Shown piece by piece: positions 1-12,447 of a stretch of 64,000 bases of DNA (position 1 is its first letter; the number at the start of each line of letters is the position of its first letter). The notes under the pieces were generated by a model. It searched no databases. It was given only the letters and a program-made list of their open reading frames with translations, and was not told the origin of the DNA. Made by a program: the position numbers and the translations under genes. The DNA comes from Podarcis erhardii. Its lineage: Eukaryota. The stretch is taken from NCBI GenBank assembly GCA_964252035.1, contig OZ176207.1. The stretch is one strand, 5' to 3'.

Positions 1-2186
1 GATGGAAACAAGATATTCAGAATTTAATTCCCACCGTTTAAAAACAGCTGGACTTGTGAATGGTCACAAAGCAGATCAAATAATTTGTCTGTGCCTGGAC
101 TCATCATAGTGCCTCTGTGTTAACTCTGTTGACTCTGTTAATAACCAAGATGATAAGAAAGAAAATACAAAACCAAGATTCACCAAAATCTGTGATGGAA
201 AGGAAACTTAGAGCATCACTCCAATAGGCAAAAAGCTTTGCTCTAGTTTCTGTACAATTAGAGAAAGAAAGCTCTCAAGTCTGCCAGAAGCTGGGGGTTT
301 GGGGGGGGGGGAGGGTTACAAAGTGATAGTAGAAAAGCAAGCCACAGTTGGTCAGATTATATGTTGTCCCCACAATTGATTTACTTTCAAAATTATGCGT
401 GGAGGAAGAGTGTAGTAATCCTCAAGCCTTTCTGTGGCTAAAGTAAAGCATAATGATGTCTAATCAATTGGGTTTAAAGAGGAAAAGTTCTAATCCACAT
501 AGCAAAGAATTCATCAAGGTTGGAAATATGGACACTGCAATGCAGGATGATCTTGCATCCCATTACTGCATCTAGGATTTCACCTTTTTTTTTTTTTTTG
601 CATTCAGTGGGGTCTTTTGTATTTCAATGCTACCTGAGCCAAGTCTCTCTCTTTTTTCTCCAGAGTTAAGTCCACCTTCAACATGCTGAAAGTGCAGCAG
701 TAGAGATCATTCAGTTTGTAATTCAAGGGTTAACTCTGTTGTCAGTTAAGTCAACAAGCCAAGAGGGGGCAGGTGCAGGTGTTGCAAAGCAACCAGGGAA
801 GAGGGTATGATCTTTAGTGAAGCAGCACCCACTCTCATAGGCTATCTAGTCATGAGGGAGTTTTCTTGTAAATGTTAAGTTGAATCTAACCCTGGTCTTG
901 ACAAGGCCTGTCAAAGAGCCCCCCTCCCATTTTTGTGTGTGTGTTTAAGTTGTATAATTCCCCCCACCCACACACACACATTTTGTTAACTAAATTTTTA
1001 TTAGGATGCTCTCTCTGGATTCTGTCTGTATTATTCAAATGCCTCTATTAACACACCAGGATCCAAACAAAAATGAAAATATGCTAATTATTATCCAAGC
1101 TGGTTTGATGGTAACATCAGAAGGAAATGTCTTTATCCCTTTCCAAAAGCATGTTGAAGATCCAACTTGTGGCATGCTTGAATGTGAACTGTATTCATTC
1201 TTGTTTTGTTTTGTTTTGTTTTGTGTTTTGTGCTTTGTTTTGTTTTGTTTTGTAAGGATCATTCCTCCTTTAAAACACAGCTTATTTACCACTTTTCCAT
1301 ATACCAAGGAAATGATTCCCCCTCCCCCAATTAGGTAATAGATGTGCAATGATTGTCTACTCTGTTGCTACTTTTGCTTACCTTGCTCATTCTTCTTGCT
1401 TGTAATGGAAAGAATATTGGGCACAGTTTGTGGCTTGAAATCCTCCCATTTTTTGTAACACTGGCAGTTTTATCTTTGCTTGTTACATTGATTTTATGTT
1501 CAAGCTAATAGGGAAAGCTGAATAAACAATGACCAACTGAATGAGTCAAAGGAACATAACACTGAATTTTATAAGCACGTGCGCTTCAGACTTGAGAAGA
1601 GGGTGCATATGTTCACAAGGAGTCACCAGTCTGGTGCCCCTGGGCAGCATGGTTCCTGTAAGGGCATCCAGTGGTGCCCTGGGTAGGTGCCCCAGACTCT
1701 GACCTCCTTTCTTTTTAAACTAAGTCTCTGTCCCTCCTAGAGAGTTAAAAGATAAGAGCATTGCAAGTCACATGACACTTGCAGCTCCTCCTTATCTGCA
1801 GCTGTGGAGAATGTCTATGCCTGGTTCACAGTTACCTGTCCATTTGCTCATCCTGTCCCCACCATGAGCATCATGTGAGATGAGTTGAGGCAGTTTCCAT
1901 GACAATATCTGACTTCAATCAGTCTTCACTCCCTTTCAAAAAGAGAGAGAAGGAGATCATGTAAAATGGGGGAAATCACATGTAGTATGGACCTCTGCAT
2001 GGAATGTCCACATCAAAAACTATTTTATGTTTCAGAGAGGGGCACCCATCCACTAAATATGCCCCAAATTTGAATGTTTAGACAGGACCTTAGGGCCATA
2101 ATATAAAACAACACCATCTATCTGATTTCACATAACAACTATTTTCTAGACAATGCAAGATTCCCAGTATTTCTTTGCTTAGTTAT

Positions 2187-3056
2187 TTGCGTGGACAGGT
2201 GGAGTCCCCAGATCCCGGGCAGCCCCCCCCCCGTCATGTGGAATAACGACTCTAGACAACGTGCTATGGGATTAAATTGGCCACAACTTTATTAAATTTC
2301 AAATGTGGGTAGACCTTGGCTCAGGCATTGGGCGTTCTCCCTCCCTAGTCCCCAGCCGGGGACCTAGGGAGCTTCAGGGTTATCCAGGGTGGGGGGGGGT
2401 GGAGATGGGCCGGCTCTGGAGAACATATGTTTAAGCAGAGATAGCCGCCCCCGTTACGCCGCCGCAGGGGAGAGCAATGACGACCTTTCGGCGTACGGCC
2501 AAAGCCTCCCTTCAAAAACCCCTTTAACGGGGAACCCTGGTATCGCCGCCGCAAAGAGGAAGATGGACTAAAGGATTCCGCCCAAGGCCTGATACCGCCA
2601 AAGTTGTGACGTTTTGCTACGGGAAAGGCGAAACCTGCCAATGCAGGGAAATTCCTTTCCGGCCCTTTAACAGCGACCTTAACGTAGCAGCGCCCACATA
2701 CTTGTGAAGAAAGGTTAACCTGCAAAACCTGTGAAGAAAAGTTAACCTGCAAAAGAAGAAATTAACTGAGGGTGGGTAGGGTGGGAGAAGCTCTGGAGCC
2801 AAGTGAGGATTAACAATTAAGATCCACCCTCTATTGTGTGGGCAGGTAATCCCTCCCCTTACCTGGCCTGGTTTCCCTGGCAACACTTCCCCCAGGTGGG
2901 ATTGGACAACTCGCTGGGGTAGGCGGGGACCTCCAGGTATCCCACCTGGGGGAAGGCAAAGCCTATGCTGATGGGGCCACTCCAGATCCAGGGCTGCACG
3001 CGTCCACGCAAAAGGCGCCCCCCGTTTTAAGTGGGGAGCGGTCATTGTATCCTTTG
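2187..3056 (-). mobile_element. Putative non-autonomous, ORF-less YR (Ngaro/DIRS-related) element
   Basis: Termini ttg|cgtgg and cctttg parallel the ttg|cgtgt and gctttg termini of the large element. It shares AATAAAGTTGTGGCC and several helices with the Ngaro spacer/B2, and it is a GC-rich island in AT-rich flanks. The boundaries are inferred. Confidence 0.65.
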
Positions 3057-3289
3057 TATGAGTGTGCATTACTCCTGTGTTACTTCTGTGTCCAGTTAGT
3101 AGTAGTAGTACTTAGCCTTCACCAGCAGCTCTCAGGATATAACAAATTACTATTGCAGGAATAGGGCAGGCCATGAAAACACACATCTCAGATATCAAAG
3201 AGCAAACAAAGAGCTGCATCTTCAGCATTCACCAAAAGTCATAAAGAAGCTAGGGTATTCTACAGCTTAGGGACTGCCACAGAGAATGC

Positions 3290-3500
3290 CCTCACTCAGG
3301 CCACCATAACTGCCAAGCATCTAAGGGAGATGGAATTACCAAGAGGCTAGAGGGGTCTGTTGGAAGGAGGCAGTCTTTCAGATATTTGGGGCCCGAGTAA
3401 TTTAAGGCTTTGAACACTAACGTGAATACCTTGAATTAGGTCCAGAAATGAAATGGCAGCCAATGCAGCCCCTTTAGAACAAAGTGTGCAAATTATAACG
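3290..3500 (-). mobile_element. Old L2 LINE fragment
   Basis: The reverse complement resembles the LHWLP...FKVL...FKAL.GLGP.YL..RL region of the L2 copy at 23610-23720. Confidence 0.55.
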
Positions 3501-3854
3501 TGTAAATGTAACAGAAGCATGATTAACGGCTAGAACCAGCACTTTTTTCTGGCGTTACTCAACAGTACACAGTACTGGCACCTTTGCTTTCCTCTTCCAG
3601 ATATTGCAATGACCCTCATGGTCCCTTCCAACTATGATTTGACTATTCCTTCCCACATCTCCTGTGCCCCGTTCCTAAGAATAGGCTGATTAGATGGAAA
3701 TGGAAAGCATCAATGTTTTATCCCCTTGCCCTTCCCAGCCCTGCAACAGGTCAAGGCTTCAGAGGCGCCGACAGCATAGGTGCACGGTTGTCACGCATAT
3801 GCACTGCCTTCTGAACCTTTAGCTACCCCCACCACTGGTGGGCAGGGCCTGAAG

Positions 3855-4372
3855 CATAGCTGTCAACTTACAGATTTGAAAATAAGGGACCAGCAGCCTC
3901 GAAAATAAGGGATCAGCAGCCAAAATAAGGGATTTTCCAAGCACAGGTATGTGCTTCTGAGCCCCTCCAAGCCAAAGGCAGAAAGCCCAGTCAGCAGCCA
4001 AACGAAGCCTCAAGCGGTGCTTCCCACAGCACAGCAACCCAGCAAAGGGGATGCAGCAAGGAAAACCACCGTCACCTCTCCACTGGGAAGCACTGAGCAA
4101 AGGCAAGTCCCCAGGCAACGAAGTTGATTTGATGGCACAAGGCATGCAAGCTCCACCCCCCAGGCGTTCTTAGACTCCTTATTGGGTGAGCAACGCAGCC
4201 AAGCAACATAGTTGGAGCCTCCCTTCTCCCTGGCCAGCAGGGAGGGAAGGAGAGGAGCTGCTTCCTTTGAAACCCAGGAAATTTAAGGGACATCATCAAT
4301 AAGGGACAGCAGCGGGACACGGCGCTGGGATAAGGGACTTTCCTGCCAAATAAGGGACGGTTGACAGCTATG
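3855..4372. mobile_element. Non-autonomous hAT DNA transposon
   Basis: TIR catagctgtcaac / gttgacagctatg; perfect 8-bp TSD gcctgaag (3847-3854 and 4373-4380); repeated subterminal ataaggga motifs. Confidence 0.88.
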
Positions 4373-5164
4373 GCCTGAAGCTTTTGGTGGGCATGGAAGG
4401 AGGGAAAAAGAAGAAGCCTGGCTAGAACACACTTCTTTTTTCTTTTAAAAAAATGAAAACCAGCTTCTTTCTTTGTGCAATCCCAGCCTTGGATAATGTA
4501 GAATTAAATGGATAAATCAGTACACTCATTCACTCTACGGTGCTTCTCATAAATCACAGTGGATCCAAAAAGTACTACTGTTTCCATAGAAACTTGGGGT
4601 AGGGATGTGTGCGCTGTTCATAGGAGTCAAAATGTGCTCCTCCAGGTGATCCTCTGTGCCAGAATCAAAGTCACATGGAGAAAGGAGGACCTTGTTTTTT
4701 TGATGTGCCAAGCATCTCCCTGGCTTGCAGCCACTTCCAAGACAAGCACATAAATGGGAGCTCAGTATGACTTCTGCCACAGACATGAGATGTATGAAAG
4801 CTCAGTGGAAGTGTTTTGCTCATACCACAAGTGTCTAGTCACAGTCTTTGAGGTCAGAAAGGAATTAAGTCAGAATTACAGAGGGATCTGAGGGATTACA
4901 TGTGGGGTGGCTCATCTGGGAAATACAGACCTGGTATTACTTTGTGTTCCTATCTCATTTTGTACATAATACCTATTTAAGACCATGTATGACATAATAT
5001 CACACCGTGTTGACGCATCTCAACTCCCAACAGTTAATATACATACCCAAAGTCACATAATTTGCAAGCATTCTGTAAAAATCTGTTTGTGCTTTTACTA
5101 TGGGTAGTATTCAACTAAGTTTTACTCAGAAGAGGCCCGTTGAAATTAATTAATGTAACTTAGT

Positions 5165-5445
5165 CATGTTCACCAACGTAGATGGCTTTTTTAAAGAACT
5201 GGATAAATTCATGGAGGAGAAGGCTATCAATAGCTATTAGCCATGATGACTATGATCTGCCTCCACAGTTGGAGGTGTCAGTGCTTCAGAATGCCACTTA
5301 CTGAAAGCCATTGGAGGGTTAGAGTGATCTTGTGCTTAAATCTTGCCTCTGGGTTTCCTACAGGCATCTGGTCATCTGCTGTGAGAACAGGATACTAGAC
5401 TAGATGGGCCATTGGCCTCATCCAGCAGGCTGCTTAATGTTCTTA
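5165..5445 (+). mobile_element. CR1 LINE 3' end
   Basis: LDKFME-type ORF2 end, the conserved ggactagatggg..tggcct.atcc 3' UTR motif and an atgttct tail. Confidence 0.7.
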
Positions 5446-5936
5446 ATTAATTAAATCAATTAACACCTAAAACAAATTAATTTCACTACATAGCAACATA
5501 ATTTTATGTTTAGGGTCTTGGTCCATTTTTTCTTTACTTGCATGTGTGTGTGTTTTTTAAATAAGAAAACCCAGTTTAATTAAATATGGAGAACGCTGAT
5601 CCAGAAAGCTGTTCACCCTGATATTTTCCATAGGCTTTTTCAGGCTAACTAAATTATTCTAAATGGAATAACCTTTCCTACTACTGTTATTATTAAAAAT
5701 GAACTGAAATAGGAACATTAAACGGTTTTATAATACAGGAATCAAGAGGAGCTGGACAAAGGAAAGGATAGCACAAAGAAATGAATAACAGTAGCACACT
5801 GGGCTATTGACAGTAGTGAATGGGAAACAGAAGTAATTTTGAAAAAAGCCACAAGGACAACAGAAGAGTGGAGGGAGGAAATAAGCAATGGCTAAACTGT
5901 TTGTTTACACTGAATATCCATGTTGTTTTACAGAAA

Positions 5937-6071
5937 TCATCTATAGGTAGAAACGTGGGCATCCTCTTGATTCTTTTTCTCACCCCAGTTGGAAATCAGA
6001 TGTTTGTGGATCCATTTTCCGACACCAGGACAAATGCCATTATAGAACAATGCATCCTTCAATATGATATC
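5937..6071 (-). CDS. CNBD1: CNBD1 last coding exon: DIILKDALFYNGICPGVGKWIHKHLISNWGEKKNQEDAHVSTYR*
   Basis: Acceptor ttttctccctattatcag|GAT and stop TGA at 5939-5937. The YNGI.PG.GKW motif resembles long-form CNBD1 C-termini as I recall them. Confidence 0.8.
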   Translation of the reverse strand, partial: DIILKDALFYNGICPGVGKWIHKHLISNWGEKKNQEDAHVSTYR

Positions 6072-6351
6072 CTGATAATAGGGAGAAAAATATTGGATAT
6101 TAAAACCTAACAACCAGTACGTCAATATCTAGTAAGCAGTCATAATATAGGCTACTCACAGGAAGGTTCCAGTAACTCCATTCACTTCAGTAAGCAAGAA
6201 ACAGCATTTATTGATTCATATTGTTTAAACAGTGGACTGTAACTGATGGAAATTATTTAACCTTAAAAAAACCCCAGTGCCCTATTAGGAGTAATCAAAG
6301 CAATGTTTTCCTTCCCAAGCCTGCTCAAAATGTTCTCCATTATTTTATTAC

Positions 6352-6411
6352 CTTTGTATGCTCCCATTCCTTTTCTGTCTCTTTTCTAATATATTTAAAC
6401 TTGAGATCATC
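6352..6411 (-). CDS. CNBD1: CNBD1 penultimate coding exon: DDLKFKYIRKETEKEWEHTK
   Basis: Acceptor ctctctttctttgcag|GAT and donor AAG|GTAATA; 60 nt, phase 0 to 0. Confidence 0.8.
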
Positions 6412-8289
6412 CTGCAAAGAAAGAGAGAACAATGGTGAATAGTTTAAACCCAATGTTTTTTCAATTATCTAGCCTTTGGTGGCCTAACTTCAAGAACTAT
6501 CTAATTTTATAATCCCTCCAAGACTTCATGATTTAATTTATATGATTTTACATAAAATACCTCATTTCTAAACAACATGTCATGGAATATTATCACTGCA
6601 GGACACATTAGAATTCAATAACTGTTCTCAAATAAGAAGAATAGCGTTCCCTGCATAAGGAGGTTACTATCAAAACACTGGCATATGTTTCTCTCAGAAC
6701 CACCCAGCTTTTTTGAACAACTGTCTCTTTCACTCAGTCAGATATGCATATATACATATATACACACACACACACATATACCAAGTTGGTTTTCATTTGT
6801 AGAAGGCAAAGACCCTGTACTAAGATACACAAATGAAAACTGCATGTAACTAATGAATACATTAATTGTAGCCCTAAATTAAACATTTTTCTTACTAATG
6901 CTCCTCAAACTCTATAGACCAGATTGTACTTTAGGAAGAGCTTTTAAAACAAATAAAGTACTCTCAGTTTTGACTACCATGAATGGACAAAAGGGCAGCT
7001 TGTTGTAACTGATCTGATTAAAGGTGCAGTAAGTAAGGTATATCTCATTGTTGTAAGGAAACACCTGGGACCAATTCTTGAGCTAGTATGGAGCATAAAG
7101 CAATATACCTATTTAAGGGATATTTACAGGAACCAAAAGGGATATAAGTTTTATTCCACAAAACGCTTCTTGGGGGGAAGCCTACATAAAATCCAGCTAT
7201 TACACCTCCTGTGTTCAGCTCCTGGATAAGTGCCTTGACCCACAACGGAAACAAGAAAATGCACACAACCTGCGGACTGCCACACAATGTGATCCCTGTT
7301 GCTACGAAACTAATAATGGCTGGGAGTCAGAAAGTGACAAGTGAGGAGAGACGGAAGTAGGAGAAAGCAGAAACTTGCAGGGTCAATCACTTTAGAAGCA
7401 GCCGTTTAAATTCAATAAAAGACAGCATTCCAGAATAAACAAAGGAAAATCCCGTGAGTTCACCTGGAGCAGAATTATGCAAATTAAGACCATTCATGCA
7501 AAACATTCAGATGTTTCCCACACATTGAAACTCAGTTCCCCAAACTGAAGTTATAGTGCATATATATATATATATTTGCTTTCGTATATATATACACCTC
7601 TCCTGAAACATAATATTAACAAACCCAATTCAGTGAAAATTGGGCAATAGGGTCTCATGATCTAAGGAAGGCAAGGGTGTGTGACATCCTAGAAATGAGA
7701 ATCTCTAACTGCCACCCTACCAATAGTACTTAGCTGCAGGATTGCATCAGTGAATCATCTTAATCCAACAGAGGCAATATGTATGCAGAAACATAAATCT
7801 CTATGAGATCACAAAACTTTTCACCAGGAACTTGAAAGCACAACTGGGGACACCTGGAATTATGTGTGAGCTGCACAGCAGCATACCATCTCAACTCAGA
7901 GTAAGATGAACTGTTCTCCAATTGGAGAGAGCCAATCTGATTCATCTCTGAGCTCATCCAATTAAGATAGTTTCATATGTGTTCAAATGGAAGTAACTTC
8001 TGCTCAAGCACTGGAGAGGATAAACGTGCCAACAGGGAAAGGGGGGATGCAAAGATAAGGGGAGAACAAAATGGCCGTTAGGTGCTGGAGGGACTAGTAG
8101 CACACCTTGCTATAATACAGGGATAGCTGACATGGCACCTTCTAGATGTTGCTGAACTCCAGCTCCCATCAGTTGCAGCCAGTATGATCAGGGATGGTGG
8201 GAGCTGTAGTCCAACAACATCTAGAGATCACCATGTTGACCACCTTAAAAGACACATCAGCAGCACAGACAAATGTATCAAGCAAAGTA

Positions 8290-8680
8290 CTGTATTTTCC
8301 CATGTATAAGACAACCCCATATATAAGACGACCCCTATTTTTTTGAACCCAAAATTAAGAAAATGAAAGCCTAAAATAGAAGTGAAAATCTGGATGATTG
8401 GTGGTGGCAAGTTGTTGATCTTTTGGGGAGCTATCGCCCTCAAAGTTTCCAACATGAGGTGCATGCAGTACACCGTGGTGCAGAAGCAAAGGTAGCGACT
8501 GAGGCACCACATGCTCTCCCTTGGTGGCAGCTGCTGCTGCGGGGAAGTGAGGGGAAGGAGGCTCTGTTGTGTAGAAGGACTATTCATCCCCTTGGCACCA
8601 CAATTAAACATTAACAACCCAGACTGCATGAACACTACCCAAAGCTGTTCAAAGTGGTGCTCAGACATTCTCAAGAAACT
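8290..8680. mobile_element. Tc1/mariner-superfamily non-autonomous element (one TIR recognisable)
   Basis: ta|ctgtattttcccatgtataagac resembles the TIRs at 29695 and 57457. The right boundary is uncertain. Confidence 0.45.
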
Positions 8681-10924
8681 AGTCTAGTATACCTTGTGGG
8701 TGTCACAAGGAGTACAGAATTGGATTATATGTGGGAAATTGCATATGAATTAAAAGAAAGCATGTTACCATTAAGAGAATAATAGTCAATATTTTCTCAT
8801 TAGAAAGTTAGCATAACCTGTTCACCATTTCTGCTCTTCATATATGTATGACCCAGAATGAGGGTGGATGACTCAGAATATATTATGCTCTTCCCATAAA
8901 TTGCTATTTAACCAAAAATTATCCAAGATTAATAAGCACACAGTTTTCCCTCCAGCATTCATAAAATAATGAGGAATATTGAGTGCAAGGTAGGGAATAT
9001 TAATTCTAAGGGTTTAAAAAATAATAATTCCACATTAAAATGATGTTAATGAATATATATATATATCAAAACCCCAATGGGAAAATTAAAATGCCACCAG
9101 CCCGAGAATATTACGGTGCCATCAGCAGTCATCTCAAGTCATTTAACAACGCCATTTAAGAAGTTCCTAGTGGTCACAAAGGAACTGTCAATCACTGGAA
9201 ACAATTCCAAATCAGCTGCAGAATTCTAAAAGATGGAAAACAATACAACACAAATGCAACACAATAATAATAGAAAGCCACACAAGTTAGCTCAATGTTT
9301 TATATTAAGGGTTGTTGTTTTTTCTAAACCATCCAAATAACAATTGTGACATGATAAATTCCTTCACCTTTGCCACCTGAGATAAATATGTTTAGGACCC
9401 ACCCTGTTTTTATGATGGCAAGTTGTTTTAAACTGTGTTTAATGTTAGATTTTACATTGTTGTAACCCATCCTGGGACCTTAGGGTAAACAGTAGGGATA
9501 TAATAATTATTATTTTCAAAGAGACAATTGTCACAATCCAAAGAATGCTAATGTGATTCTTCTCGTGAGCTAGAATTTCTGGGTTTTATTTTCCAGCTAC
9601 ATGCCTCCCAAGGGCCCCAGGGGAAAAAAAAGGGACAATCAATTTTTGTGTGAGACCTCAGTGGCCATTTTGGGTGCCGCATTCTCATGAGCTCTCTCAC
9701 TGTGCTCTTGCTCCCCCCAAAAGTACTTTTTTGGGGCTTTTCGTTTAATGACTTAAGGGAAAAGTGACTCTTCTCAATTTATGAATTAATCCATGTGTTT
9801 ATGTACATTTTAAATCATTACAATTTGTGTGTGTACATAAACCTACAATCTGCAATTATTACATTCATCTGTATTTTCCCCTGATTATTACATTCTAATT
9901 ATATGTTGTGAGCAGGATTTATTTATATTGGATAGCAAAAATAAGCAAATAGATTGGTTGTATTTTACAAAGACCTACAATATGTCTTATCTGTGCTATA
10001 AAATTAGACTAGATGTATGTCATGTTTAGGCAACAATATGTACCTTTCCGTAAAGGCTTCAGTAAAGTGCCATAATATTCTGTATTCTGAATTTTGTCAC
10101 ATTTACAGCCCATATAACCAACCCAAAATTATTTCATGACGCAAATTTATTGGCAGATTACTTGTAATCAATTTCCTCCCTGTTCATTTCAAATCTGGAT
10201 TTCAAAACATCACGATTCCCCAGCTACAGAGATACTGGTCCCTTAGAGAAGCAGCTTAATTTACTATGTACACAATTTATGCAGCACCCAAAGCCACCTA
10301 AGGATGGTCATAGGAAAAGAATGCAGCCTTTTCCTAGATCTGGCCACTCCTTAGCTCTTCAGAAACATCTGTGAATATGAACAGGGAGATTTTTATTAAA
10401 TGTATTATTCTTATTTAGGATGGATTCCAAAAGATTGAAATAGATGTTATGAGATCACTGGAAGCCTATTAAGCTTTTCGGGTGGGAGCAGGGATACTGT
10501 GTTAATCTGAGGGCATGTTAGTCGTGCAAATGTTAACTGCTAGAATGCTAGCTTTCCATAGGTAATCAGTGATATACTGTAGCCAACTTTCATTTTTCCG
10601 GGACGAATCTCAGCAACTTGCAATGCTCACAGTCAAATACAATATGAGCACTGTGGCCCCAAAAGTTGCTTACTGGCTTGGATTTTAAACCAAGACAGAG
10701 AAGGGAAAGCCAAGCCCTTAAATAAATGAATGTTAATTCCAGGGAATGACATTCGGATTTTAATTTGCCCTGGATCACTGCTGTATTTACTGTTGATTTC
10801 CTTTGATATTTTAATGTTTTAAATTTCTTTAAATCAATGTTGTTGTTTTTTGTTGTTGTTTTGCACCATCTCGAATGTGAATAAATCTTTAAATAAAGCA
10901 ATTAAATATACAGTATATAATATA

Positions 10925-11375
10925 TACTGCATCATGGTGTGGTACGCTGGTTTGACATCAACTGATAGAAAGTGCCTACAGAGGGTGGTGAATACAGCAC
11001 AAGATATTATGGGCTGTCCCGTGAATCCGCTGGATGAAATAGCGGAAGAACGTTGACTCAGGAGAGTGAGGAAAATTCTCAGGGATGATTCATACCCTGG
11101 CTGGCACTTTCTTGATCTCCTGCTCTCAGGCAGAAGATATAGAAGCATGATTAGTCACACCAACAGGGTAAAGAACAGCTTCTATCCGTGGGCTGTTAGG
11201 CTGCTGAATGGAAATATAACAACAGGGCAACTGACTTTTGGGTTTGGTGGGTGTGCGTCAGTAAATGAGGGGAATTAAGACTAAGAGAGCTGAGTGGGGG
11301 GTGCTCGTGTAATCTCACTGTATACAAGTTGTACAAGTGACAATAAAGTATTTCAGTTTCAATTCAATAAGTCGT
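10925..11375 (+). mobile_element. Rex1/Babar-clade LINE, 5'-truncated 3' end
   Basis: CIMVWYAGLTSTDRKCLQRVVNTAQDI...R*LRRVRKILRDDSYPG...LLLSGRRYRS...RVKNSFYPWAVRLLN in one frame with a single stop (11054-11056), ending in tgacaataaag plus a short tail. Confidence 0.8.
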
Positions 11376-12408
11376 TGCTCCTCCAATCACTCACACATCA
11401 GCCTTCAAGCCACCTGTCCCCCATCACCTTAAATTCCTTGCTATGCTGGTGATGGTACGGGTGAGACAGAAGCAGGTAGGTGCCTGAAGTCAGTAAGACT
11501 TCATCAAACTTCCTCAAACCTGGAGTTGACCTGTATCTCCCTTACTTCAAAGGTGAAATGAGCATCTTTCTCCTCAGTTCCGTCTGACCAGTTTTCAGCA
11601 GGGGTTGGCTCCACACAGGAGTCCAGTTGGGAGCTCCCAGGTAGAGTCATTCCCAGCAGGACTTGCATTTGGCCTCAAATTAAAAAGATGTCTAATAGAA
11701 GCCCCAGAGAACAATCCGGAATGTTTTTTAAGGTTTCCAGTTGTTCCTTTGAAACTGCAGGGACATTCCATTACACATCAGGAAGTGTCTCCTGCATTTG
11801 CTATCACCACACACATATATCATATGAACATGTGCATCTGTCACCTTGAGCCAATTACAAGCTCTTTGCCTATGTCACAGGATTGTTGTAAAGAAAAGGA
11901 AAAAAGTGCAACTGTTGTAAACAAAAACACCTTCAACAGATAAATGGAATGACATACATTTTTAGCTGTAGGCTGTCTTAAGTCCCTGTCATGGAAGAAG
12001 TCGAAATATAACAATAACAACAACAACAACAACAGCAACGGAAACTGTGAGAATGATCAGGAACATACCAGAGAGTAAATCCTATTCAACACAGTGGGAC
12101 TTAGTTCTGAGAAAAAATGCTTAGGATTGATTTGTAAGGATGAACAGTCTTTACCCAGTTACTTGAAAGTAAGCTCCGTTGAATATATTGGGATTTACAT
12201 CCGAGTAGACAGTATCAGGCTCCATTTACAATAAAGGAATAAACACTCCATGGGTTTCCTTAAAAAATGGCTGGCTGCTGAAACAGTGCAATTAAAGAAT
12301 TTAAAATGGATTTTCTTCAAAATTATAGGAAGGGCTTCATATGCCTGCTTCACAATTTCCTTCATTTGGTGCAGGTATTTTATTTTCATTATAAACAGGA
12401 CTCTATGC

Positions 12409-12447
<39 letters not shown>

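Noticed and set aside
1006-1349. Overlapping 110/104-aa ORFs
   Set aside because: Largely encoded by a (TTTTG)n run; no domain or splice context.
6968-7230. Plus-strand open frame FDYHEWTKGQLVVTDL..., superficially alpha-kinase-like
   Set aside because: The similarity is limited to a few residues, the DxQG and later kinase motifs are missing, no partner exons were found, and it lies antisense in a CNBD1 intron.
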